A stretch of 33,420 nucleotides of DNA from a virus, in UHGV virus genome UHGV-0152658. The stretch is one strand, 5' to 3'. The notes under the pieces are model-generated. The model had not been told where the DNA came from. It was given only the letters and a program-made list of their open reading frames with translations, and made no database searches. How positions within the stretch are numbered: the stretch's first letter is position 1; every line of letters begins with the position of its first letter. The translations under genes and the position numbers were made by a program. This document shows positions 1 to 9,269 of this stretch, piece after piece.

Positions 1-32
1 TACACAGTGCAGTGTTTATTCTGTTGTTAGTG

Positions 33-61
33 CCAAAAATAAAGGCCGACTATGCGGCCTT
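33..61 (-). terminator. Intrinsic terminator (tL1-like) ending the N-proximal part of the leftward operon
   Basis: 7-bp stem aaggccg (42-48) / cggcctt (55-61) with 6-nt loop; on the minus strand it is followed by TTTATTTTT (33-41). Overlaps the stop codon of the 107-aa ORF. Confidence 0.6.
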
Positions 62-373
62 ATCTACATTCCTGAACCAAACGCAGATCGGACCGTCTTC
101 TGTATCGTGAATCGAACCGACAAACCATCCTTCTCCATCTGGCATGCTTGGCTCCCATCCACTGATGTTTGGATTCCCATCTTCAAAATACGCGTCAATT
201 ACCGTTTGATTGTTGTCGTTTTCCATTTCAACAATTGATGATTCAATGCCATGCTGCTTGCAGAAAGATCTGAACTCATCAGCTGAAATTGCCTCTCTAT
301 CCCCAAACAGGTTGGCGTATTCTGGGTGCGTCCAGTAGCCATCCTCGCTTCGCTCTACTACTAATGCTTCCAT
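50..373 (-). CDS. Hypothetical, strongly acidic early protein (107 aa), first gene downstream of N
   Basis: ORF with ATG at 373-371 preceded by GAGGTGA Shine-Dalgarno that overlaps the N stop codon; about 23 Asp/Glu versus about 6 Lys/Arg; no family recognised. Confidence 0.6.
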   Translation of the reverse strand: MEALVVERSEDGYWTHPEYANLFGDREAISADEFRSFCKQHGIESSIVEMENDNNQTVIDAYFEDGNPNISGWEPSMPDGEGWFVGSIHDTEDGPICVWFRNVDKAA

Positions 374-381
374 ATATCACC

Positions 382-708
382 TCAAATAAGTGGTTTGCTG
401 CCTAATTTCATTTTCTGGCGACCAACACAAGTCACACCCATTTCACTGCGTGGCTTGCTGTACCATGTGCGCTGATTCTTGCGCTCAATACGCTGCAGGT
501 TGCTTTCAATCTGTTCGTGGTATTCAGCCAGCACTGTAAGGTCTATAGGATTCAGTGCGCTTTCTACTCGTGATTTCGGTTTGCGATTCAGCGAGAGAAT
601 AGGGCGGTTAACTGGTTTTGCGCTTACCCCAACCAACAGGGGATTTGCTGCTTTCCATTGAGCCTGTTTCTCTGCGCGACGTTCGCGGCGGCGTGTTTGT
701 GCATCCAT
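382..708 (-). CDS. N: Antitermination protein N (lambda type)
   Basis: Translation from the ATG at 708 (MDAQTRRRERRAEKQAQWKAANPLLVGVSAKPVNRPILSLNRKPKSRVESALNPIDLTVLAEYH...) matches lambda N including the arginine-rich RNA-binding N-terminus; the 138-aa track ORF has an upstream alternative start that I reject. Confidence 0.9.
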   Translation of the reverse strand: MDAQTRRRERRAEKQAQWKAANPLLVGVSAKPVNRPILSLNRKPKSRVESALNPIDLTVLAEYHEQIESNLQRIERKNQRTWYSKPRSEMGVTCVGRQKMKLGSKPLI

Positions 709-818
709 CTGGATTCTCCTGTCAGTTAGCTTTGAGTAACGCGCCGTGATGCTTATCTCCACGGTTGCTGTCTTGCAGCTGCATTTCGCGCTACTCAAAG
801 CTTTCTGCTTTGAATGCT

Positions 819-848
819 GCCCTTCTTCAGGGCTAAATTTTTAAGAGC
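819..848 (-). promoter_or_regulatory. nutL site (boxB 819-833, boxA about 840-848)
   Basis: Plus strand gcccttcttcagggc is the reverse complement of lambda boxB GCCCTGAAGAAGGGC; adjacent ttaagagc is the reverse complement of a boxA-like GCTCTTAA. Confidence 0.8.
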
Positions 849-894
849 CTCACCTTCAATGGTGGTTAGTGCGTCCTGCTGATGGCTTAAAATT

Positions 895-962
895 ACAAGA
901 AAGATTGTATGTTTTAAACAAGAAATATTGTAAAAATGGGCGTGAAAAACAAACTCCATTGT
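895..962 (-). promoter_or_regulatory. OL operator cluster (three 434-type 14-bp operators) overlapping pL
   Basis: ACAAGAAAGATTGT (895-908), ACAAGAAATATTGT (918-931), ACAAACTCCATTGT (949-962): the ACAA-N6-TTGT pattern of phage 434 operators, upstream of N. Confidence 0.75.
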
Positions 963-1012
963 TTTTAAACGGAAAATAGTTTGTTTTTTGGTTGTCGAAA
1001 TTGAGGTGAGGA

Positions 1013-2365
<1,353 letters not shown>

Positions 2366-2373
2366 GACATTCC

Positions 2374-2405
2374 CGCTCTTACACATCCTAGCCCTGAAAA
2401 AGGGC
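2374..2405 (+). promoter_or_regulatory. nutR site (boxA 2374-2382, boxB 2391-2405)
   Basis: CGCTCTTACACA boxA followed by GCCCTGAAAAAGGGC boxB hairpin, the lambda nutR arrangement. Confidence 0.85.
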
Positions 2406-2428
2406 ATCAAATTAAACCACACCTATGG

Positions 2429-2450
2429 TGTATGCATTTATTTGCATACA
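2429..2450 (+). terminator. tR1-like hairpin (probably Rho-dependent region)
   Basis: 8-bp stem tgtatgca / tgcataca with tttatt loop between nutR and cII; no strong U-tract, so it is not a clear intrinsic terminator. Confidence 0.35.
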
Positions 2451-2484
2451 TTCAATCAATTGTTATCTAAGGAAATACTTACAT

Positions 2485-2778
2485 ATGGTTCGTGCAAACA
2501 AACGCAACGAGGCTCTACGAATCGAGAGTGCGTTGCTTAACAAAATCGCAATGCTTGGAACTGAGAAGACAGCAGAAGCTGTGGGAGTTGATAAGTCGCA
2601 GATCAGCAGGTGGAAGAGGGATTGGATTCCAAAGTTCTCAATGCTGCTTGCTGTTCTTGAATGGGGCGTCGTCGACGACGACATGGCTCGATTGGCACGA
2701 CAAGTTGCTTCGATTCTCACCAATAAAAAACGCCCGGCGGCAACCGAGCGTTCTGAACAAATCCAGATGGAATTCTGA
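2485..2778 (+). CDS. cII: CII transcriptional activator (lambda type)
   Basis: Translation from ATG 2485, MVRANKRNEALRIESALLNKIAMLGTEKTAEAVGVDKSQISRWKRDWIPKFSMLLAVLEWGVVDDDMARLARQVA..., matches lambda CII; 97 aa. Confidence 0.92.
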   Translation: MVRANKRNEALRIESALLNKIAMLGTEKTAEAVGVDKSQISRWKRDWIPKFSMLLAVLEWGVVDDDMARLARQVASILTNKKRPAATERSEQIQMEF

Positions 2779-2810
2779 GGTAATTACTGGATCAATCCAC
2801 AGGAGTAATT

Positions 2811-2972
2811 ATGACAAAACGTCGTAAGAAATACCAGGAAAAAGAAGAGATTCGACACCCTGATTCACCTGAGGGATTAGTGGTAGCCGCAGCAAATAAC
2901 AGGGCGTTCGCAGAGCGCCTTGTTGGTGTTTACAGACTAGCCAAAGCAGGAGTGAAACATGGGCGTCGTTAA
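2811..2972 (+). CDS. Small basic hypothetical protein (53 aa) between cII and the replication gene
   Basis: ATG at 2811 with AGGAG 5 nt upstream; MTKRRKKYQEKEEIRHPDSPEGLVVAAANNRAFAERLVGVYRLAKAGVKHGRR; below the 60-aa track cutoff; position resembles a small ORF found here in P22-like phages. Confidence 0.45.
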   Translation: MTKRRKKYQEKEEIRHPDSPEGLVVAAANNRAFAERLVGVYRLAKAGVKHGRR

Positions 2973-3849
2973 GTTAGCTGATTACAGGCATAACCCTGTA
3001 CAACATCAGGAGGCATCCAGTATGGGGTATGTCTCTATACACCGCCAGTTTATGGACAGCAGGCTCTATAAGGACTCTCAGGCAGTACATCTTTGGCTTC
3101 ACTTAATCCTCAAGGCTAATCACGAATCTACTGTCGTCAATACGGATATCGGTCCGATAACTGTTGATCGCGGTCAGATGATAACTGGACGCCCGTCGCT
3201 GGTCAGAGAAACATTCATCCCCGACAACAAAGTTCGGAGCTTATTACGGACTTTTGAGTCGAAAGGGATGCTTAATATGTGCTCGATGGGGAAGAAATTT
3301 AGCCTGTTTACAATCGTTAAATATGACGATTTTCAGGCAAAAAATTGTCCAACGGTTGTCCAACGGTTGTCCAACGCAAACACCAGTAATGGCGCGGCTC
3401 TCAGCGGAGATTGTCCAACGGTTGTCCAACAGTTGTCCATAAACAATAATATAAATAATATCTCTAATACTGACGTATTAGAGAGTGCCACAGCAGACAA
3501 AAAGTCTGACAAGAAAAAACCTTCCGTCAGCTGTCAGGATGTTGTCGATGCTTACCACGAAATCCTTCCTGAAGCGCCAAGAATCCGCGCACTGAATGAC
3601 AAGCGTAAAAACCAGATCCGAACGTTCTGGCGCAAAGCCGGAGTGATAACCAGACAGCTTGACGGGCATGGTTTCACGATGCAGGACTGGAGAAATTATT
3701 TGAGCTACGTAGGCGAAAATTGCCGATGGATGTTCGAAGAGCGTCCAAACCATCAACGCGGAACTGTCTGGCACAAAAAGGGATTTAATTTCCTGCTTAA
3801 CGATAATACCTACCTGAAAGTTCGTGAGGGTGAACACGATGACCGATAA
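2959..3849 (+). CDS. Replication initiator, O-like (P22 gene 18-like), with the origin inside the gene
   Basis: 296-aa ORF; ori iterons lie within the coding sequence as in lambda O and P22 gene 18; followed immediately by the helicase gene. Start is uncertain: ATG 2959 and ATG 3022 both have good Shine-Dalgarno sequences. Confidence 0.8.
   Translation: MGVVKLADYRHNPVQHQEASSMGYVSIHRQFMDSRLYKDSQAVHLWLHLILKANHESTVVNTDIGPITVDRGQMITGRPSLVRETFIPDNKVRSLLRTFESKGMLNMCSMGKKFSLFTIVKYDDFQAKNCPTVVQRLSNANTSNGAALSGDCPTVVQQLSINNNINNISNTDVLESATADKKSDKKKPSVSCQDVVDAYHEILPEAPRIRALNDKRKNQIRTFWRKAGVITRQLDGHGFTMQDWRNYLSYVGENCRWMFEERPNHQRGTVWHKKGFNFLLNDNTYLKVREGEHDDR
3345..3485. repeat. Replication origin: iterons plus AT-rich unwinding region
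   Basis: Tandem 11-bp TTGTCCAACGG units at 3345-3377 (three copies) and 3411-3439 (about 2.6 copies), followed by the AT-rich tract aaacaataatataaataatatctctaatactgacgtatta. Confidence 0.8.
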
Positions 3850-5275
3850 TTTTTATGCGCCGCCCCATAGCATCGAGGCAGAGCAGGCGGTGATTGGTGG
3901 ATTGCTTCTGGATGATGACAGCAGTGAGCGCGTCCAGAAAGTTCTGGCGATGCTGAAGCCTGATTCATTTTACAGCCGACCACACAAAATCCTTTTCGAA
4001 GAAATAACCAGAATGCACCGGGAGCAAAAGCCAGTAGATGGCCTGACGCTTTTCGATGAACTGGAGCGCAAATCGTTAACGGTGTCTGTTGGCGGTTTTG
4101 CTTATATCGCTGAGATCGCAAAGAACACGCCAAGCGCCGCAAACATCGTTGCCTATGCAATGCAGGTTCGCGAAACCGCAATGGAACGCTACGCCATCAA
4201 CCGCATGACTGAAGCGACGGAATTGCTCTATTCCCGCAACGGAATGACTGCAACGCAGAAGTACGAAGCTATTCAGGCGATTTTCACGCAACTGACAGAC
4301 CATGCAAAAACCGGATCGCGTCGCGGCCTTCGCTCATTTGGTGAGGTCATGGAAGACTGGGTTAGCGACCTTGAGAAGCGATTTGACCCGTCAGGCGAAC
4401 AACGAGGAATGAGCACAGGGATCCCATCGCTGGACAGGATGCTGTCACCGAAAGGTCTGGTGAAAGGCTCTCTGTTTGTCATTGGCGCTCGCCCTAAGAT
4501 GGGGAAAACGACGCTATACAGCCAGATGGCAATCAACTGCGCAGTGCATGAGAAAAAGCCCGCTCTGATGTTCAGCCTTGAAATGCCCGGTGACCAGATA
4601 CTGGAAAAACTGGTAGGACAGAAGTCAGGTGTTAACCCGAATATTTTTTACCTTCCGGCGACAAATGACGCTGATGACGGCTATCAGGGTGATTACGATG
4701 GTGACTTCAACAGGGCGATCGAAACAGCCAATCGCTTGAGTGAAATCGACCTGCTTTACATCGACGACACGCCGGGATTATCTCTGGCTCAAATCGTCAG
4801 CGAAAGTCGTCGAATCAAGCGAGAAAAAGGATGTGTTGGCATGATTCTGGTCGATTACCTGACACTAATGACCGCTGAGAAGGCCGATCGCAACGACCTT
4901 GCTTACGGCATGATCACCAAAGGACTGAAGAACCTTGCCAAAGAGCTTGATTGTGTTGTTGTGCTTCTGACACAGCTTAACCGCGCACTGGAAAGCCGAA
5001 CCAATAAACGCCCATTACCAAGTGACTCCCGAGATACAGGGCAGATTGAACAGGATTGCGATTATTGGGTTGGGATCCATCGTGAAGGTGCTTTTGATGA
5101 CAGTGTTCCACCTGGTGAAACCGAACTAATCCTTCGTCTCAATCGTCATGGCAATACCGGCACGGTGTATTGCATTCAGGCAAATGGCGCTATTTATGAC
5201 ACAGACCAACAGTCTGCTGAAATGCGCCGCCGTGAACGCGAGGAACCGCAGTCCAAGAAGAAAGGAGGATTCTGA
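3839..5275 (+). CDS. Replicative DNA helicase, DnaB family (P22 gene 12-like)
   Basis: Walker A GARPKMGKTT, N-terminal DnaB-like domain (HSIEAEQAVIGGLLLD); ATG at 3839 overlaps the end of the O-like gene. Confidence 0.88.
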   Translation: MTDNFYAPPHSIEAEQAVIGGLLLDDDSSERVQKVLAMLKPDSFYSRPHKILFEEITRMHREQKPVDGLTLFDELERKSLTVSVGGFAYIAEIAKNTPSAANIVAYAMQVRETAMERYAINRMTEATELLYSRNGMTATQKYEAIQAIFTQLTDHAKTGSRRGLRSFGEVMEDWVSDLEKRFDPSGEQRGMSTGIPSLDRMLSPKGLVKGSLFVIGARPKMGKTTLYSQMAINCAVHEKKPALMFSLEMPGDQILEKLVGQKSGVNPNIFYLPATNDADDGYQGDYDGDFNRAIETANRLSEIDLLYIDDTPGLSLAQIVSESRRIKREKGCVGMILVDYLTLMTAEKADRNDLAYGMITKGLKNLAKELDCVVVLLTQLNRALESRTNKRPLPSDSRDTGQIEQDCDYWVGIHREGAFDDSVPPGETELILRLNRHGNTGTVYCIQANGAIYDTDQQSAEMRRREREEPQSKKKGGF

Positions 5276-5679
5276 TGACCATCTACATCACCGAGCTAAT
5301 AACAGGCCTGCTGGTAATCGCAGGTCTTTTTATTTTTGGGGGGGATGGAAGTGTGGCTGACTGGCAAATTCCAATCATCATTCTTGCCGGAGCTTCGCTG
5401 GTTGCTGGCTTTATCCTGCTGAAAAAGCATAAAGACCGTGATCAAAAAGTCGAAGTTCTCTATGGGTATCCAGCGAACAGCACAACATGGCTGACCATTT
5501 ACCACTACCGAAAATCAGGCCGCTGGGTATTCGAATGGGATGATCTGTTCGCTGAAAAGCGACCAAAGTCATGGGGAGACATCAGCGAATGCATGATGTT
5601 TGAAGAAAGAAAATCCGGCGCAACCCGAGAAGAGTTTAACGAAGCGTGGGCGCGATTAAGTGAGAGAGGGTATTTGTGA
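5275..5679 (+). CDS. Hypothetical membrane protein (134 aa, two predicted N-terminal TM helices)
   Basis: ATG 5275 after AAAGGAGGA; hydrophobic stretches ITELITGLLVIAGLFIFGG and IPIIILAGASLVAGFILL; TGATG overlap with helicase stop. Confidence 0.6.
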   Translation: MTIYITELITGLLVIAGLFIFGGDGSVADWQIPIIILAGASLVAGFILLKKHKDRDQKVEVLYGYPANSTTWLTIYHYRKSGRWVFEWDDLFAEKRPKSWGDISECMMFEERKSGATREEFNEAWARLSERGYL

Positions 5680-5876
5680 GCAAGTACGAAAAATTAGATC
5701 AAAACATTCTTTCAATGCTGAGTGAAAGACCAACACCTGTTTTTGATATCTGGCTTAAATGGCGGAGCAATGGAATGTATATCGAAACCATCGATCGTCG
5801 TATGCAATACCTGAGAAAGAAAGGGCTTGTTGCAAATGTGCGTGGGAAGGGTTGGGTGAAAATTAACCTGTCATAA
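5676..5876 (+). CDS. Hypothetical small protein (66 aa)
   Basis: GTG start overlapping the upstream stop (GTGA), purine-rich Shine-Dalgarno upstream; no family recognised. Confidence 0.45.
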   Translation: MSKYEKLDQNILSMLSERPTPVFDIWLKWRSNGMYIETIDRRMQYLRKKGLVANVRGKGWVKINLS

Positions 5877-5887
5877 CGGGGATTGAT

Positions 5888-6160
5888 ATGGACGAATCAA
5901 GAAAGCAGTTTGAAGAATGGTTTAAAAACAAATATCACGTTTCAAGTGACGTGATGAAGATTATGCACATCAAGGTCGAGATTGCATGGGAGGCATGGCA
6001 GGCATCGCGAGCAGCTATTGAAATAACCGCGCCAAAGTTTATCGACAGCAGAGAAGCATTAGCCAAAGGGTTTACTGTTGATTATTCCAATGGCTTCGGT
6101 GATGCAATGGATGCTTATGAGGAAAACATCCGCGCTGCTGGAGTCAAAGTGAAGGAGTAA
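5888..6160 (+). CDS. Hypothetical protein (90 aa), nin region
   Basis: ORF with ATG and GGGGA Shine-Dalgarno; tightly packed before ninB. Confidence 0.55.
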   Translation: MDESRKQFEEWFKNKYHVSSDVMKIMHIKVEIAWEAWQASRAAIEITAPKFIDSREALAKGFTVDYSNGFGDAMDAYEENIRAAGVKVKE

Positions 6161-6162
6161 CG

Positions 6163-6573
6163 ATGAAGCAAACAATCTTCCTCCGAACTAAGCAACAACA
6201 GCAAGCCGCAATCAACGCCATCCTCGCAACTCCTCTCGATAAAGACAAGCCAGTCACCATCCGCATTACTGACTACAAGCGCAACCTTGACCAGAACGCA
6301 AAATTTCACGCGATGCTGGCTGATATCGCTTGTCAGGTTCAATGGTGCGGCAAATGGTTAAAACCAGAACAATGGAAGGTTTTGTTGATCAGCGGTCATG
6401 CAGTGGCAACAAAACAGGAAGCTGATGTTTTGCCCGGGCTTGAAGGCGAATACGTCAACATTCGCGAAAGTAGCGCGCAGATGAGTGTGAAGCGTATGGC
6501 AAGTCTGATTGAGTACACGACAGCATGGGCTATTGGTCAGGGTGTCAGATTTACCGACAGGAGATACGAATGA
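6163..6573 (+). CDS. ninB: NinB (Orf family recombination mediator)
   Basis: Resembles lambda NinB/Orf (conserved LDQN motif region, similar size); GGAG Shine-Dalgarno before ATG 6163. Confidence 0.8.
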   Translation: MKQTIFLRTKQQQQAAINAILATPLDKDKPVTIRITDYKRNLDQNAKFHAMLADIACQVQWCGKWLKPEQWKVLLISGHAVATKQEADVLPGLEGEYVNIRESSAQMSVKRMASLIEYTTAWAIGQGVRFTDRRYE

Positions 6574-6746
6574 GACGACAGCGACGAAGCATCACCGACA
6601 TAATCTGCGAAAACTGCAAATACCTTCCAACGAAACGCTCCAGAAATAAACGTAAGCCAATCCCGAAAGAATCTGACGTAAAAACCTTCAACTACACGGC
6701 TCACCTGTGGGATATCCGGTGGCTAAGACATCGTGCGAGGAAATGA
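6570..6746 (+). CDS. ninE: NinE
   Basis: ATG 6570 overlapping ninB stop (ATGA); [52 protein letters not shown] matches lambda NinE as I recall it. Confidence 0.8.
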   Translation: MRRQRRSITDIICENCKYLPTKRSRNKRKPIPKESDVKTFNYTAHLWDIRWLRHRARK

Positions 6747-7126
6747 CAATGGATTATTCACAGTTAAGTGATTTTGAAATTAACGTGGCGGTATTCGAAG
6801 CCATTCATAACGGATCACCGGATTACAAAGAAGGTGAGAATGGCGATATGGTGTTTGTCTCATTTGAGGGAGACATTGTAAACGGAGACGCAGTTGAAGT
6901 AGAAGTTGAGCGCGGATCCTTTAACCCATGCGCAAACCCAGCAGACTCATGGCCGATTATCACTGAAAACAACATCAGCATAATTTTAGACAATCCCTCA
7001 ATGCCGTGCGCCACAGACAACGCAAGGGACTTGTTTGATGATGCCTTACCGAATGTTGGTGTCGCATATGACAATCCACTCCGTGCCGCCATGATTGTCT
7101 TTCTCATGATGCGGAGAATCCAATAA
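6743..7126 (+). CDS. Hypothetical acidic protein (127 aa), NinX position
   Basis: ATG 6743 overlapping ninE stop (ATGA); Asp/Glu-rich; no family recognised. Confidence 0.55.
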   Translation: MTMDYSQLSDFEINVAVFEAIHNGSPDYKEGENGDMVFVSFEGDIVNGDAVEVEVERGSFNPCANPADSWPIITENNISIILDNPSMPCATDNARDLFDDALPNVGVAYDNPLRAAMIVFLMMRRIQ

Positions 7127-7305
7127 TGCTTAGCCCATTCCAATCCCTTCAATACCAGAAAGAAAGCGTCGAGCGAGCTTTAACGTGCGCTAACTGCGGT
7201 CAGAAGCTGCATGTGCTGGAAGTTCACGTGTGTGAGCACTGCTGCGCAGAACTGATGAGCGATCCGAATAGCTCAATGTACGAGGAAGAAGACGATGGTG
7301 ATTAG
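7126..7305 (+). CDS. ninF: NinF
   Basis: ATG 7126 (TAATG overlap with upstream stop); [50 protein letters not shown] matches lambda NinF; 59 aa, below the track cutoff. Confidence 0.8.
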   Translation: MLSPFQSLQYQKESVERALTCANCGQKLHVLEVHVCEHCCAELMSDPNSSMYEEEDDGD

Positions 7306-7687
7306 CCGATACGGACAAATAACGTTTAAACATTTTCAAGACAATCCAACATGGGCTGCTGCGGCTGGATATGACTTTAATTATTTTGATTGTCTGTCAG
7401 TCGCATGTATAGCAACTACCAATGTTGCTAACAACATAATCGATGAATTCTTGGATTTTCCAGACTATCAGGTCAGAGAGTTGCCTGCATTTTTTGTGAA
7501 AGTATCTGTTGCTACAGCTCTGTTATTTATTTTGTTATTCGCATATCCATTGCTTGCCGTATTTGTTTATGTGAGATGCAAACACTCACAAAAGAAATAC
7601 AGCGGAGAGCATACCGATATTACCAGCCAAAATATGCGTGTGTGGTTGAGGAGATGCCAAGAGAAATGGGGGGGACGTCATGGCTAA
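7295..7687 (+). CDS. Hypothetical membrane protein (130 aa) on an AT-rich insert between ninF and the ybcO-like gene
   Basis: ORF with one clear hydrophobic helix (LLFILLFAYPLLAVFVYV); visibly lower GC than flanking nin genes. Confidence 0.5.
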   Translation: MVISRYGQITFKHFQDNPTWAAAAGYDFNYFDCLSVACIATTNVANNIIDEFLDFPDYQVRELPAFFVKVSVATALLFILLFAYPLLAVFVYVRCKHSQKKYSGEHTDITSQNMRVWLRRCQEKWGGRHG

Positions 7688-7970
7688 CCTACGCAAAGAA
7701 GCACGCGGCAGAGAATGCCAGGTTCGTATTTACGGCATATGCAATGGCAATCCTGAAACTACAGTTCTGGCACATTACCGGATGGCTGGAATTTGCGGAA
7801 CAGGAATGAAGCCTGACGACCTGATCGGGGCATGGGCTTGTAGTGACTGCCACGCGGAGATCGACCGACGCACCCATAACCTCGACAACAAAGACGCCAG
7901 ACTTTACCACCTCGAAGGCGTGATCAGGACGCAGGCGATACTGCTGAAGGAGGGAAAGATTAAGCCATGA
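7680..7970 (+). CDS. YbcO-like (DUF1364) Cys-rich protein
   Basis: 96 aa with Cys cluster; sits immediately before rusA, as ybcO does in the DLP12 prophage. Confidence 0.6.
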   Translation: MANLRKEARGRECQVRIYGICNGNPETTVLAHYRMAGICGTGMKPDDLIGAWACSDCHAEIDRRTHNLDNKDARLYHLEGVIRTQAILLKEGKIKP

Positions 7971-8329
7971 ACGAATATCAGTTTGTGCTTCCTTACCCGC
8001 CGTCGGTGAATACCTACTGGCGAAGACGTGGAAGCCAATACTACATCAGCGATAAAGGCCAGAAATACCGAAAAGAAGTTCAGCAAATCATCCACCAACT
8101 CAAGTTAGATATTTTCACCAAATCACGACTCCGCATCAAAGTCATCGCAGACGTTCCAGACTCCCGCCGCCGCGACCTCGATAACATCCTGAAAGGTTTA
8201 CTCGACTCCCTTATCCACGCCGGATTTGCGGAAGACGACGAGCAATTCGATGACATTCGCGTAATTCGTGGTGTGAAAGTACCAGGCGGACGGCTTGGAA
8301 TAAAAATCACCGAACTGGAGAACGTATGA
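7967..8329 (+). CDS. rusA: RusA-family Holliday junction resolvase
   Basis: Motifs PPSVNTYW and RRRDLDN and a size of 120 aa match the RusA family; ATGA overlap with the upstream gene. Confidence 0.85.
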   Translation: MNEYQFVLPYPPSVNTYWRRRGSQYYISDKGQKYRKEVQQIIHQLKLDIFTKSRLRIKVIADVPDSRRRDLDNILKGLLDSLIHAGFAEDDEQFDDIRVIRGVKVPGGRLGIKITELENV

Positions 8330-8514
8330 ACGCCACAATTCAAACGATACCAGAGCTTCTTATCCAGACACGAGGCAATCAGACCGAAGTGGCGAGGATG
8401 CTTTCCTGCGCAAGAGGAACAGTGCTCAAGTACAACCGAGACAGCAAAGGCGAGCGTCACGTAATAGTTAACGGCGTCCTGATGGTAACGCCAGGCAAAA
8501 AGGGAAGACGATGA
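8326..8514 (+). CDS. ninH: NinH
   Basis: Motif GNQTEVARxLxCxRGTV as in lambda NinH; 62 aa, directly before Q. Confidence 0.75.
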   Translation: MNATIQTIPELLIQTRGNQTEVARMLSCARGTVLKYNRDSKGERHVIVNGVLMVTPGKKGRR

Positions 8515-9134
8515 GACTCGAAAGCGTAGCTAAATTTCATTCGCCAAAAAGCCCGATGATGAGTGACTCACCACGGGCCACGGCTTCTGACTCTCTTTCC
8601 GGTACTGATGTGATGGCTGCTATGGGGATGGCGCAATCACAAGCCGGATTCGGAATGGCTGCATTCTGCGGTAAGCATGAACTCAGCCAGAACGACAAAC
8701 AAAAGGCTATCAACTATCTGATGCAATTTGCACACAAGGTATCGGGGAAATACCGTGGTGTGGCAAAGCTCGAAGGAAATACTAAGGCAAAGGTACTGCA
8801 AGTGCTCGCAACATTCGCTTATGCGGATTATTGCCGTAGTGCCGCGACGCCGGGTGCAAGATGCAGAGATTGCCACGGTACAGGTCGTGCGGTTGATATA
8901 GCCAAAACAGAGCAGTGGGGGAGAGTTGTCGAGAAAGAGTGCGGAAGATGCAAAGGCGTCGGCTATTCAAGGATGCCAGCAAGCGCCGCATATCGCGCTG
9001 TAACGATGCTAATCCCAAACCTTACCCAACCCACCTGGTCACGCACTGTTAAGCCGCTGTATGACGCTCTGGTGGTGCAATGCCACAAGGAAGAGTCAAT
9101 CGCAGACAATATTTTGAATGCGGTCACACGTTAG
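8511..9134 (+). CDS. Q: Late gene antiterminator Q (lambda type)
   Basis: Translation MRLESVAKFHSPKSPMMSDSPRATASDSLSGTDVMAAMGMAQSQAGFGMAAFCGKHELSQNDKQKAINYL... matches lambda Q over its full length as I recall it. Confidence 0.93.
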   Translation: MRLESVAKFHSPKSPMMSDSPRATASDSLSGTDVMAAMGMAQSQAGFGMAAFCGKHELSQNDKQKAINYLMQFAHKVSGKYRGVAKLEGNTKAKVLQVLATFAYADYCRSAATPGARCRDCHGTGRAVDIAKTEQWGRVVEKECGRCKGVGYSRMPASAAYRAVTMLIPNLTQPTWSRTVKPLYDALVVQCHKEESIADNILNAVTR

Positions 9135-9176
9135 CAGCATGATTGCCACGGATGGCAACATATTAACGGCATGATA

Positions 9177-9215
9177 TTGACTTATTGAATAAAATTGGGT
9201 AAATTTGACTCAACG
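9177..9215 (+). promoter_or_regulatory. Late promoter pR' (-35 TTGACT 9177-9182, -10 TAAATT 9200-9205, start near 9213) with overlapping qut
   Basis: Sequence TTGACTTATTGAATAAAATTGGGTAAATTTGACTCAACGATGG is the lambda pR' arrangement (17-bp spacer) directly downstream of Q. Confidence 0.85.
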
Positions 9216-9240
9216 ATGGATAAATGCACTCGTTAAATAA

Positions 9241-9269
9241 AGCCCTGAGTTAATAGCTCGGGGCTTTTT
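9241..9269 (+). terminator. Intrinsic terminator close to pR' (tR'-like; defines a short leader transcript)
   Basis: 9-bp stem agccctgag / ctcggggct (one G-U pair), 7-nt loop, then TTTTT. Confidence 0.7.

Noticed and set aside
479-661. 60-aa plus-strand ORF inside the N gene
   Set aside because: It is antisense to a confidently identified N gene, has no Shine-Dalgarno sequence, and is Arg/Ser-rich in the way typical of antisense reading frames.
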